Under the pieces are notes generated by a model, which was not told the DNA's origin, searched no databases, and was given only the letters and a program-made list of their open reading frames with translations. Both the position numbers and the translations under genes were made by a program. Of a stretch of 64,000 bases of DNA, positions 25,425-34,794 are shown piece by piece. The stretch lies in the IMG/VR virus record IMGVR_UViG_3300027820_000029, positions 1 through 64,000 of that record. One strand, written 5' to 3'. The DNA comes from a virus (Duplodnaviria; Caudoviricetes). Position 1 is the stretch's first letter; every line of letters begins with the position of its first letter.

Positions 25425-25530
25425 CATAAGCTACGCTTATGCGCGCATAGAAACATCCTATTTGACGTCAAAAATCTGGCACATAAGCTCAGCTTATGCG
25501 CGCATAGAAACATCCTATTTGACGTCAAAT
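25425..25530. repeat. 57-bp tandem duplication with internal hairpin and TTTGACGTCAAA palindrome
   Basis: CATAAGCTnnGCTTATGCGCGCATAGAAACATCCTATTTGACGTCAAA twice. Confidence 0.85.
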
Positions 25531-25718
25531 TCCTGGCGGCGCTGTTCGCGCCTGGCGTTATGACGCCAGGGCCTCCGGCAGGGTGGAAGCCAGGCCAGCG
25601 GGCCTGGCATGCTTTTTGACTTGCAAAAGCTATGCCAATATTTATTTTCTGAAAAGGGTTGTAATGCTCAGCCAGGCTGTTATACTGCACTCTCACCCAC
25701 ACAGAAAAGGACCGAAAA

Positions 25719-25937
25719 ATGAGCATATCCGTCAAAATCGTAGAACACGCCGCGCACCATTGCTTCCAGGATGCTATCCGCATCAACACCTTTCGTGAGT
25801 GGGAAGAATGCCATCACCGGCTGTCGGGGATGGTAACCTTGGCAATCTGGGCAGACGCCAGCCGTAGCGCAAAAACCACACTACAATTATTGCGAGACAT
25901 CGCAATGGAACGCAAATGGATGACTTTTGACGCTTAG
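25719..25937 (+). CDS. hypothetical protein
   Basis: AAAGGA RBS; promoter TTGTAA-N16-TATACT at 25659-25686. Confidence 0.65.
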   Translation: MSISVKIVEHAAHHCFQDAIRINTFREWEECHHRLSGMVTLAIWADASRSAKTTLQLLRDIAMERKWMTFDA

Positions 25938-26181
25938 CGTCAAAAGTTTGACCACCCGTCAAATCTTTGACGGGTGGGGGCGGTTATCGGACTTGGTCCG
26001 AGGCTCCTCGGACCTCACTACCCCACGCGTAAACGATACAAGGTTTTTGAGAAACTACTACAAGGTGTATAAGATTTTTGAGAAACCAAGGTATATTTTT
26101 TGCATTGATTTTAGAGAGCTAAAATAAAATATTAACTTTAATATGCTAATCTACACCTAGCCTAAAAAGTATCAAGTGGGA

Positions 26182-26210
26182 TTGACATGGACAAAAAAAT
26201 TTGATATAAT
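26182..26210 (+). promoter_or_regulatory. sigma70-type late promoter for terS operon
   Basis: TTGACA-N17-TATAAT. Confidence 0.85.
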
Positions 26211-26243
26211 GCAATTTAATAATAGAAAAAATAAGGAGTACAC

Positions 26244-26699
26244 ATGTCTAATGCAATGATGAATCCAGAAGAAACTTATAGGATGCCACCAGAATTGCTA
26301 GAAGTTACTACTAGATATTTAGAAACAGCTAGTATAGAAGAAACAGCAAGTACATTAGATATACCTGTAGAAAAGGTAGTATACTATTTAAATAAAAAAG
26401 AGTCAAAAAGATTTATAGATACAATCTTCTTAGAACAAGGATATATAAATAGAACAAAGCTACAATCCACTCTAGATACAATTATAGATAAAAAACTGCT
26501 AGAGTTAGAAGAAGCAGAGTTAACTAGTAATAAAGACATTGCAGACTTATTAACTCTAGCATTAAAAATGCGAGAAAGCTTTGTAAAAGATTTAGTAGCA
26601 GAACCAAAAGAAACACAACAAACAAACGTACAAGTTAATGGCCCAGCAAATTTTGGGCTTAATTATAATAATTTACTAACTAAACTTATTGAGGATTGA
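26244..26699 (+). CDS. terS: terminase small subunit, T5-type
   Basis: YL...A..L.I...KRFIDTIFLEQGY.NR.KL...LD.IIDKKL.ELEE...S.KDI.DLL...QTNVQ pattern of T5 TerS; position at head of late operon. Confidence 0.8.
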   Translation: MSNAMMNPEETYRMPPELLEVTTRYLETASIEETASTLDIPVEKVVYYLNKKESKRFIDTIFLEQGYINRTKLQSTLDTIIDKKLLELEEAELTSNKDIADLLTLALKMRESFVKDLVAEPKETQQTNVQVNGPANFGLNYNNLLTKLIED

Positions 26700-26700
26700 C

Positions 26701-26964
26701 ATGGTAGACGAAACAAGATGGAGACATCATAGAAGAGCATTCGCTTCAGCAACAACAAGCGCAGCAGTGACAAAAAGTGACAGCACTGTATTAGATTTTA
26801 ATGCACTATTTGTAGGAGGCGGTGGAGACGTAAGTATAGACCATGAAGAAGGCGGAGCAGCAGTGGTTTATTTAGGCGTATTACCTGGTTCAATCCTACC
26901 TGTTAGTGGAGTTAGAGTAAATGCAGCTACGACTGCAACTAATATAGTTTGGATGAAGTGGTAG
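26701..26964 (+). CDS. head spike base protein (RcGTA Rcc01079-like)
   Basis: AVTKSDSTVL.FNALFVGGGGDV...GVLPGSILPV...RV.AATTATNIV pattern. Confidence 0.75.
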   Translation: MVDETRWRHHRRAFASATTSAAVTKSDSTVLDFNALFVGGGGDVSIDHEEGGAAVVYLGVLPGSILPVSGVRVNAATTATNIVWMKW

Positions 26965-27146
26965 TGGGAACTTTAGCTATCATTGGAATATCTACAGCAA
27001 GTATGCCTAATAGACTTTTCAGAGGTATATTAGCTTCTAGTGGTACATTTATACTTACTGGTAGCACTATTTCAATACCTAAAAAATTAGAAGCTACTAG
27101 TGGTACATTTACACTTTCTGGTACTTCAGTTACATTAGGATCATAA
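26949..27146 (+). CDS. small protein with two SGTF(I/T)L(T/S)G repeats
   Basis: same repeat as 33176 and 38228; start uncertain. Confidence 0.55.
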   Translation: MDEVVVGTLAIIGISTASMPNRLFRGILASSGTFILTGSTISIPKKLEATSGTFTLSGTSVTLGS

Positions 27147-27147
27147 A

Positions 27148-27420
27148 ATGGCAAAACAAGATATAGACTTAGGTACCGGTCCAGATACACCTGGAGCTGA
27201 TAATTTATATGAAGCATTTAGCAAAGTAAAAGATAACTTTGATGAACTTTATGCTGAAAAAATTATACTTGTTAGTGAATATACAGTAGCAACTTTACCT
27301 TCAGCATCAACATATGATAATGCAATTATTATTGTATCCGATGAAACTGGGGGTAGAACCTTAGCTACTAGTGATGGAGATAAATGGTATAGAGTTAGTG
27401 ATGGAGTTGAAGTTTCATAA
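27148..27420 (+). CDS. virion structural protein with T4 gp9/gp10-like N-terminal motif
   Basis: MAKQDIDLGTGPD.PGADNLYEAF.KV..NFDELY. Confidence 0.65.
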   Translation: MAKQDIDLGTGPDTPGADNLYEAFSKVKDNFDELYAEKIILVSEYTVATLPSASTYDNAIIIVSDETGGRTLATSDGDKWYRVSDGVEVS

Positions 27421-27782
27421 TGGCTAAACAAGCAATAGACATGGGTACCGGTCCAGATACACCTGGAGCTGATACATTAAACTCTGGATTTACAAAGGTA
27501 AATGCCAATTTTGATGAATTATATATTAGAAATGGTGAATATACTCCCGCAGGAGTTTTAGTGTATCCATATATAAATGCACAAACTGTAGTTTATGCTA
27601 GCGGTATTGTAGATTATGTATCTACATCTTATGATTCTAAAACATGGACTCTAGGCCCTTCCGCATATAATGCTGTAGGACAAGTAACAGAAATAACCGC
27701 TACAGATAGTATCACAGAATGGACAAAAACTATTGCTTATACTAATGGTGTAGTATCTAGTGAAGGAGAGTGGACAACATGA
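27420..27782 (+). CDS. virion structural protein with T4 gp9/gp10-like N-terminal motif
   Basis: MAKQAIDMGTGPDTPGADTLNSGFTKVNANFDELY; about 30 nt identical to previous gene start. Confidence 0.65.
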   Translation: MAKQAIDMGTGPDTPGADTLNSGFTKVNANFDELYIRNGEYTPAGVLVYPYINAQTVVYASGIVDYVSTSYDSKTWTLGPSAYNAVGQVTEITATDSITEWTKTIAYTNGVVSSEGEWTT

Positions 27783-28165
27783 GTTTAGCCGATGCTATAC
27801 TAGGAAGTATAAAAATACCTAATAATGCTTTACAAGTAAGTACTGGATATATGGAAGTAAAATATCTAGCCAATGCATTAAATACTACTGGAACTAAAAC
27901 TTCTTTAGAATATGGTGTAGATAATATATCATGGCCTGCTTCATTTCAACTTATTGCCACAGGACGAGGTTCAAATACTACTGCTGTAGAAATTGAAGTT
28001 TCTAATGATAATATTAATTATTCGTTCTATTGTTATCTATCATTAAGTGGTGGATCTACAGGTATAACACGTACTTCAGGAATTATACCTTGGAAATACG
28101 TACGTATTACTTGTACTATATTACAGAACCCCGGTACAGGTACTTATTCGGTGATAATGCTATGA
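27779..28165 (+). CDS. putative structural beta-sandwich protein
   Basis: VEIEVSNDNINY...WKYVRI pattern; ATGA coupling. Confidence 0.6.
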   Translation: MSLADAILGSIKIPNNALQVSTGYMEVKYLANALNTTGTKTSLEYGVDNISWPASFQLIATGRGSNTTAVEIEVSNDNINYSFYCYLSLSGGSTGITRTSGIIPWKYVRITCTILQNPGTGTYSVIML

Positions 28166-28740
28166 AAACTAATTATTTATTACATAACCCCGTTAACTTA
28201 AATATTCCTGGTAGTTTAGATATAAATGGTACATATATTTTTACTCATGTAGTAGGAACTGCTTCTGAGCGTGCAAATACTGCATTATCATTCTTAACTA
28301 CTGGTTTAGTATGGGATGAAAATGATACTGGTGATATTTATAAATTTATTGGTCCTTTAGTTACTGACTGGATTCAAATTGGTACTGCTGGAGCTATTAA
28401 TGTTAATCCATTACTAATTTCTGGTGAAGATCAAACAAATGATGTCATTAAGGTGGAGGAGAGATTCGCTTATCATCATGTAGAGCCTTCACAGACAGCT
28501 GAGATTTTAGGGACTACAGGGGCAGCAGGTGATTTCTTGCACACTATCACCTGGAGGAACACAGGAAATGGTCAAATAACCATTATTGACGGATCTACAA
28601 ATGTACTAGCGGTAGCCGGCATTGGCACACCAGCTAGTGTTCAGACTGGTACATATATTATTGATGCTGTATGCACAACTGCCTGGAAGATCACCACAGG
28701 TTCTGGGTGTGAGGTATTAGCTACAGGCAGATTTACCTAA
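28162..28740 (+). CDS. putative structural/fibre protein
   Basis: likely ATG at 28162 by ATGA overlap; ends ATGRFT. Confidence 0.65.
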   Translation: MKTNYLLHNPVNLNIPGSLDINGTYIFTHVVGTASERANTALSFLTTGLVWDENDTGDIYKFIGPLVTDWIQIGTAGAINVNPLLISGEDQTNDVIKVEERFAYHHVEPSQTAEILGTTGAAGDFLHTITWRNTGNGQITIIDGSTNVLAVAGIGTPASVQTGTYIIDAVCTTAWKITTGSGCEVLATGRFT

Positions 28741-30206
28741 TGGCTGACTTCTTCGTATCCCAATCTGGTGCTGGATCCACAGATGGGTCTAGTCCTGCCA
28801 ATGCGCAGGCTATTGGCTCTGTCACATGGTCATCTCACCCAGGGAATGATGTCTATTTATTGGGGTTGATAACAACAGGTGTAAATGTCAATGCAGATGC
28901 CACTGAGGGTAACGAAATTGTTATCCGTGGTGATGGGGCTACTCCCGGTGTAATTACCGTAACAGGGGCGTATGGGATTTTATTCGCAGGCGATTGGATT
29001 ATCCTGAAGAACATAACTGTTACAGGTTGCAGCACTTATGGTATTAAGATTGCGTCTGCGGTAGATGTAACAGGTTCGACTATTGATAATTGCGAGATAA
29101 CAGATAATGTGCAGCGGGGTATATCTTATTTGCAATCCAGTGGCACTGCAAAAACTCTCGATCAATTAACTATTACAGATTCCACGATAACGGGTAGTGG
29201 ATATGAGGGTATCAGGGTCACGATAGAAGCAGCAGGTGCTGCCTCTGATAAGATTACGAATTTAACTATTACTGGGAATACTATTACTGGTAATGGTGGA
29301 ACACTTTACGCTGGAATCCGTGTGGGTGATAGCGGTCATGTTTCTGCTATTAACGAAACCCTAGTTATTGACAATAATACGGTATCGAGTAATCGAGGGA
29401 TTGGTGGGGTTCTCATTATAGGGTTCACCGATACATCGTATGTTAGCAGTTTTTCCGGTAATACATGCAATGGGAACTTAGGGGTTCTCGGTGGGATGAA
29501 TATTCAGGTATCGGCGTATTTCACAATTGAAAATAACACATGTAACAATAATGAGGCGGATGAAGGCATTGATGGTCATGGTCTACTCATTGATGATGGC
29601 TGCGACAATATTATTTGCAGGCATAATTCATGTAGCGGAAATGTTGGCTATAGCGGTGCGGATATAACATCTGGGGCCGGGATAATGGTGTTATCTGTGA
29701 CAAATGGTGAGATATACGGAAACCTGGGAACAGGAAATCGAATTGGGATGATATTGGGTGGTGCGTCAGCCCATACATCGACTCGCATTTATAATAATAC
29801 TTTTGTTAATTCGACTCATTATGGATTCATTGCGGGCGATGCGATGGCAGATGATGTAGTTGAGATCAAAAACAACATTTTCACAGGTGATAGTGATGGG
29901 TTTTACGTCAATACCGGAACAGATCAGACAGATGAAGATTACAACATCTTCTATGGGTTTGATACTCCGACTACAAACCATACCCTGGGGACTAATACCT
30001 TAACTTCAGATCCTCTTTTAGATGCTAACTACAAACCAACTGTTGATTCGCCTGCTTATGAAGCAGGGATATTTGTATCTTCTATTAAGGATTACCAAGG
30101 CAGACCATATCATATCCCACCAACTATAGGAGCTTATGAGTTTACTTCTGGATTCCCTGCGCAGCCAAGAACATCAACTAATACTCGTATAGGCAGATTT
30201 ACATGA
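28740..30206 (+). CDS. right-handed parallel beta-helix protein (pectin-lyase fold) with choice-of-anchor-Q-like tail
   Basis: N/G/I-rich beta-helix repeats; DPLL...P..DSPAYEAG...D..G.P...PTIGAYE. Confidence 0.8.
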   Translation: MADFFVSQSGAGSTDGSSPANAQAIGSVTWSSHPGNDVYLLGLITTGVNVNADATEGNEIVIRGDGATPGVITVTGAYGILFAGDWIILKNITVTGCSTYGIKIASAVDVTGSTIDNCEITDNVQRGISYLQSSGTAKTLDQLTITDSTITGSGYEGIRVTIEAAGAASDKITNLTITGNTITGNGGTLYAGIRVGDSGHVSAINETLVIDNNTVSSNRGIGGVLIIGFTDTSYVSSFSGNTCNGNLGVLGGMNIQVSAYFTIENNTCNNNEADEGIDGHGLLIDDGCDNIICRHNSCSGNVGYSGADITSGAGIMVLSVTNGEIYGNLGTGNRIGMILGGASAHTSTRIYNNTFVNSTHYGFIAGDAMADDVVEIKNNIFTGDSDGFYVNTGTDQTDEDYNIFYGFDTPTTNHTLGTNTLTSDPLLDANYKPTVDSPAYEAGIFVSSIKDYQGRPYHIPPTIGAYEFTSGFPAQPRTSTNTRIGRFT

Positions 30207-31876
30207 CCACAAGTTATTTGGATGTAAATGCTGTTGGGGGTGGTGATGGCACAGTGGGGACGCCGTGGAATTCTCTGCCGGATGCTGAGACTAATAAGGC
30301 GTCTTGGGATGAACTCAGGATAAAGCGAGGGACAGTAGAGAATCTTGCGGACTATGGCGCTGAGTCTAAGTGCACATTTTATAGTGGGGATTCGGATAAG
30401 ACAGTAACGACATATTATAATGGTGATGGGTCTGATGATATATCACAGCCAAAACCTGTTTTTGACCATTATCACACATCAGAGGCTGGTGATTGGACAG
30501 AGGTAGACCCTACAGATCCGACTAGCCTATCTCCTGGGTCTAATCTATGGATTTTAGATGGTGGAATAGCATCATATAACCCCATACAGGCAGTGTGGTT
30601 TGGGGATGACTTTACCCCGGGCCAGTATCAGTTAGAATATTGGACTGTTGTGACTTCTACGCTTACCGATGTGACGACGAATGTCCCTGCTCAAGCTTTT
30701 CAGTTTGATTGGTTTCGGGGAACGGCAGAAGACAATAACCGGTTAATCGTGTATTCAGTAGGGAACCCCGTCACTTATTATGGCGCGGTGTACTGGAGTG
30801 CAAATACCAAAGATAGAGTTTTTGAAGCTTTCAATTCCGATAACATTGTGATTGAAAACCTGTGTTTCCGTTATACCTCCCTAGGGGTGTTTAATGAAAG
30901 TGCAACAGATTCAACTACAGTCACTGGTGCTATTGTACAGGATTGTGCTTTTAATCGTTGTGGTACGGGGATAAGAATTGCCGGGGCGGAGGGAACCTCA
31001 CGAATTATGGATAATGCGATAATCAGGCGCAATACATTTTCCGACATTTTGCGTGGGGGGATTTGGGTTAGAGGTGAAGTAAGAAACGCTCGTATTTATG
31101 GGAATGCCTTTACCTCTAACGGGCTGGCTGTGTCGACTGGGGGAGTATATTTTAGTAAATGTATTCCTGGTACTGGATATTATAATTATGTGTATAACAA
31201 TACATTTACAGATATGACATATGGACGATTTTACAACGGTGATGGAGGGGGGATAGAGACTGATTCGCAGACCACAAATACACGGATATATGGAAATGCT
31301 ATTTCTCGATGTTATCAAGCATGGCATGATAACTCGGGCAAGGAAAATTGGTTTTATTCTAATCTGGTAGACGATTGTGGAATGGTTTATTTCGCAACTG
31401 ATGCAACAAGCCAGGATGGGAATAATGCGCACATTATTAATAATACCTGCACTAATTTAACTGTGGATAGCACTTACAATGATGGCGACCAAACGCCTAA
31501 AGCTGCGATCCAGTATTCACCTATGACAATTGCTGGAGGCGAGACAAAGAATAATATTCTTTCAGGCTTATCTGGTAGCGGGATTCGTCGTTTTGACGCG
31601 CACAGTATTACTGAAGACAATAATTGCTTCAACGGATTTGCAGTAAATGTGATTGATGAAAATGATAATGCGGAATCTATTGGTAGTAACAGCATATCAA
31701 CCGATCCTCTTTTAGGCGCGGATAATAAACCACTAGTAGATTCCCCAGTCTACGAAGCTGGCGTTTACACTGACGCGATAAAAGATCGTAACGGTAGACC
31801 ATATCATATCCCACCAACTATAGGAGCTTATGAGTTTACTTCTGGTTTTCAACCTCAAGATCGTTTACTACGATAA
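30203..31876 (+). CDS. right-handed parallel beta-helix protein with choice-of-anchor-Q-like tail
   Basis: beta-helix repeats; 50 nt of 3' end identical to previous gene. Confidence 0.8.
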   Translation: MTTSYLDVNAVGGGDGTVGTPWNSLPDAETNKASWDELRIKRGTVENLADYGAESKCTFYSGDSDKTVTTYYNGDGSDDISQPKPVFDHYHTSEAGDWTEVDPTDPTSLSPGSNLWILDGGIASYNPIQAVWFGDDFTPGQYQLEYWTVVTSTLTDVTTNVPAQAFQFDWFRGTAEDNNRLIVYSVGNPVTYYGAVYWSANTKDRVFEAFNSDNIVIENLCFRYTSLGVFNESATDSTTVTGAIVQDCAFNRCGTGIRIAGAEGTSRIMDNAIIRRNTFSDILRGGIWVRGEVRNARIYGNAFTSNGLAVSTGGVYFSKCIPGTGYYNYVYNNTFTDMTYGRFYNGDGGGIETDSQTTNTRIYGNAISRCYQAWHDNSGKENWFYSNLVDDCGMVYFATDATSQDGNNAHIINNTCTNLTVDSTYNDGDQTPKAAIQYSPMTIAGGETKNNILSGLSGSGIRRFDAHSITEDNNCFNGFAVNVIDENDNAESIGSNSISTDPLLGADNKPLVDSPVYEAGVYTDAIKDRNGRPYHIPPTIGAYEFTSGFQPQDRLLR

Positions 31877-33171
31877 TGAAAATCTCTCGTGATAATATTA
31901 GTGATACTTCTATTACAGAATATCCTGTAAAAGAACGCCTAATAAAACTAGATATAAGTAAGTACTTACAACTAATAGATATTGAACCTGTCCCGCCACA
32001 AATAGCTTTTATAAATGCTATTAATAATCCTGAATATAGATTTATTACTGCAGTATTAAGTAGACGTACAGGTAAAAGTTTTATAGCTAATGTAATCGGT
32101 CACTTAATTACTTTAATACCCGGATGTAATATATTAGTTATAGCACCAAACTATGCTCTTTCTAGTATTTCTTGGGATAATCAGAAAAAACTATTAACAG
32201 CTTTTGGTGTAGAAGTACAAAAATCAAATGCCAAAGATAAGATAATAGAATTAAAAAATGGGTCAACAATTAGAATGGGCTCTGTAGGACAGGTAGACTC
32301 TGTAATCGGACGCAGTTATGATTTAATTATATTTGATGAATGTGCTGTTAATAATGATGGAGCAGATGCATTTAATGTTCAGTTGTGCCCTACATTAGAT
32401 AAAGTAAATAGTAAAGCTATTTTTATTAGTACACCTCGCGGTAATAATTGGTTTCACGAATTTTATAAACGTGGATTTTCAAATAATTTTCCCACTTGGG
32501 CTTCTATACTTAGTACATATCATGATAATCCTAGAACAGATTTACAAGCTATAGAAGATGCAAAAGCATCAATGAGTCGCGCTGAATTCGCACAAGAACA
32601 TTTATGTGAATTTATAGCATTAGAAGGTCAAATATTTAATCTTAATAAGACTCAAATAGTAGATATAGATATATCTACTTTAGAAGTATTAGATGTAGTA
32701 GCTGGATTGGACTTAGGATTTAGAGATCCAACAGCTTTTATTGTTGCTTTAACAGATGGTTATAATTACTATTTAGTTGATGAATATTTAAATAACGAAT
32801 CTGGTACATCTGAGTACGCTAAGATGATACAAGATAAAATTTCAGAACATAATATTGATTTTATCTATATTGATTCAGCTGCACAACAAACACGCTATGA
32901 CTTAGCATATGATTATGATATTACTACTATAAATGCTAAGAAATCAGTAAATGATGGTATTGGATATTTATCATCACTGGTAGATCATGATAGAATATTC
33001 ATCTCTTCTAGTTGTACTAATATAATAGATATGTTTGATAATTATCGATGGGATCCTAGAGAAGGATTACTAGCAGAACGCCCATTACATGATAAGTATT
33101 GTCATATTGCAGATGCGGTAAGATATGCTTTATATACTCACTCACATAATTTAGAAACTATAGGCAGCTAG
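31876..33171 (+). CDS. terL: terminase large subunit, T5-type
   Basis: LSRRTGKS Walker A, LIIFDE Walker B, ISTPRG, AGLDLG nuclease motif, H..DA.RYA. Confidence 0.95.
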   Translation: MKISRDNISDTSITEYPVKERLIKLDISKYLQLIDIEPVPPQIAFINAINNPEYRFITAVLSRRTGKSFIANVIGHLITLIPGCNILVIAPNYALSSISWDNQKKLLTAFGVEVQKSNAKDKIIELKNGSTIRMGSVGQVDSVIGRSYDLIIFDECAVNNDGADAFNVQLCPTLDKVNSKAIFISTPRGNNWFHEFYKRGFSNNFPTWASILSTYHDNPRTDLQAIEDAKASMSRAEFAQEHLCEFIALEGQIFNLNKTQIVDIDISTLEVLDVVAGLDLGFRDPTAFIVALTDGYNYYLVDEYLNNESGTSEYAKMIQDKISEHNIDFIYIDSAAQQTRYDLAYDYDITTINAKKSVNDGIGYLSSLVDHDRIFISSSCTNIIDMFDNYRWDPREGLLAERPLHDKYCHIADAVRYALYTHSHNLETIGS

Positions 33172-33175
33172 TAGT

Positions 33176-34786
33176 ATGGCTCAGCTTAAATACCCAATTT
33201 CAGATAGAGCAACTGACTCGTGGACAACAACTCCTTTATGGAGTGATGTTGATGATCAATCAGATGCGGACTGGATATCCAGTCCTACGTCGGGTAGTAA
33301 TAATGCCTGTGATCTTAATATTGATGCTTTAGAAGATCCTGAAGCTGACGATATTGTTGTTTATTACCGTGCTCAGCGTGCATCTGGCGGCGCTGCAATC
33401 CGTCTTGACGTATACACCGTTGACGATGGGCTTATCCATACAGGAACACAGCAAGGTCCTGGTAGTTCATTTGCTGAGTACACAGAAACACTAACAACTG
33501 GTGAACGCCAAAACATAACAGACTGGGACGGTCTGTATGTTCGCATTACGCAAATCGCTAACAATAAAGGTGTATTGGTTTCTGCTGTCTGGGTAACAGC
33601 ACCTGATGCCCCTACACCTACTCCTTATTCAATAGATGCTACATCTGGAACGTATACTTTAACTGGCAGCACTACTGCCCTTAGCAAAGCTTACTCTTTG
33701 GCTAGTGCATCTGGGGTATATACTCTTAGTGGTACTACTGTAGATTTTAATACTGGATATGTATTAGATGCTACATCTGGAACGTATACTCTTAGCGGTA
33801 CTACTGCCTCTCTTAAAGGTGCTCTTAGTTTAGCTGGTGCTTCTGGAACGTATACACTTAGTGGTACTACTGTTGGATTAGATACTGCTTATACATTAGA
33901 TGTAGACTCTGGAACGTATACTCTTAGCGGTATCACTGTAGATCTTAATAGTACTTATACATTAGATGTAGACTCTGGAACGTATACTCTTAGCGGTAGT
34001 GATGTAGCTCTTAATAGTACTTATACATTAGATATAGACTCTGGAACATATACTCTTAGCGGTAGTGATGTAGCTCTTGAAACCGCTGGTGCTTATTCAC
34101 TAGCTGGTGCTTCTGGAACATATATACTTACTGGTACTACTGTTGATCTTAATAGTACTTATACATTAGATATAGACTCTGGAACATATATACTTACTGG
34201 TACTGATGTAGCTCTTGGAACTGCTGGTACTTATACATTAGATATAGACTCTGGAACATATACACTTAGTGGTACTACTGTTGACCTTAGCGCTGAGCAT
34301 ACATTAGATGTAGACTCTGGAACATATACTCTTAGTGGTAGTACTGTCGACCTTAGCGCTGAGCATACATTAGATGCAGCATCTGGAGCACTTACTCTTA
34401 GCGGCAGCACTGTAGAACTAGAAACTACTGGTACTTATTTACTAAATGCAGATACTGGAACGTATACACTTAGCGGTACTACTGTCGACCTTAGCGCTGA
34501 GCATACACTAGATGCAGCATCTGGAGCACTTACTCTTAGCGGTATCACTGTAGATCTTAATGGTGCCCTTACATTAGATGTAGATACTGGAGCTTATACA
34601 CTTACTGGTACTGCTGTAGAATTAGAAACTACTAGTACAGGTACTTATTCATTAGATGTAGACTCTGGAACGTATACACTTAGCGGATTTGCTATAGAAT
34701 TAGATACTGCCCCTAGAACCTATGCCTTAGATATTAATTCTGGTCGCGGATGGCATTACTGGCTCCGCAAACGTAAAACGGGATAA
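33176..34786 (+). CDS. fibre-like protein with about 16 Y-x-LD-x-x-SGTYTLSG-x-x-V-x-L repeats
   Basis: 22-26-aa repeats after a ~150-aa globular N-terminus. Confidence 0.8.
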   Translation: MAQLKYPISDRATDSWTTTPLWSDVDDQSDADWISSPTSGSNNACDLNIDALEDPEADDIVVYYRAQRASGGAAIRLDVYTVDDGLIHTGTQQGPGSSFAEYTETLTTGERQNITDWDGLYVRITQIANNKGVLVSAVWVTAPDAPTPTPYSIDATSGTYTLTGSTTALSKAYSLASASGVYTLSGTTVDFNTGYVLDATSGTYTLSGTTASLKGALSLAGASGTYTLSGTTVGLDTAYTLDVDSGTYTLSGITVDLNSTYTLDVDSGTYTLSGSDVALNSTYTLDIDSGTYTLSGSDVALETAGAYSLAGASGTYILTGTTVDLNSTYTLDIDSGTYILTGTDVALGTAGTYTLDIDSGTYTLSGTTVDLSAEHTLDVDSGTYTLSGSTVDLSAEHTLDAASGALTLSGSTVELETTGTYLLNADTGTYTLSGTTVDLSAEHTLDAASGALTLSGITVDLNGALTLDVDTGAYTLTGTAVELETTSTGTYSLDVDSGTYTLSGFAIELDTAPRTYALDINSGRGWHYWLRKRKTG

Positions 34787-34794
34787 AACTTAGA

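Larger units (their letters stand above)
20082..25973. repeat. dispersed palindrome GYCAA-N4-TTGRC, at least 17 copies including near-matches
   Basis: starts at 20084, 20166, 22387, 24069, 24088, 24107, 24142, 24185, 24452, 24478, 24687, 24777, 24997, 25410, 25467, 25939, 25958. Confidence 0.88.

Noticed and set aside
30102-31845. Diversity-generating retroelement TR/VR pair
   Set aside because: The two 50-bp copies are identical (no adenine-specific mismatches) and no reverse transcriptase is in the window.
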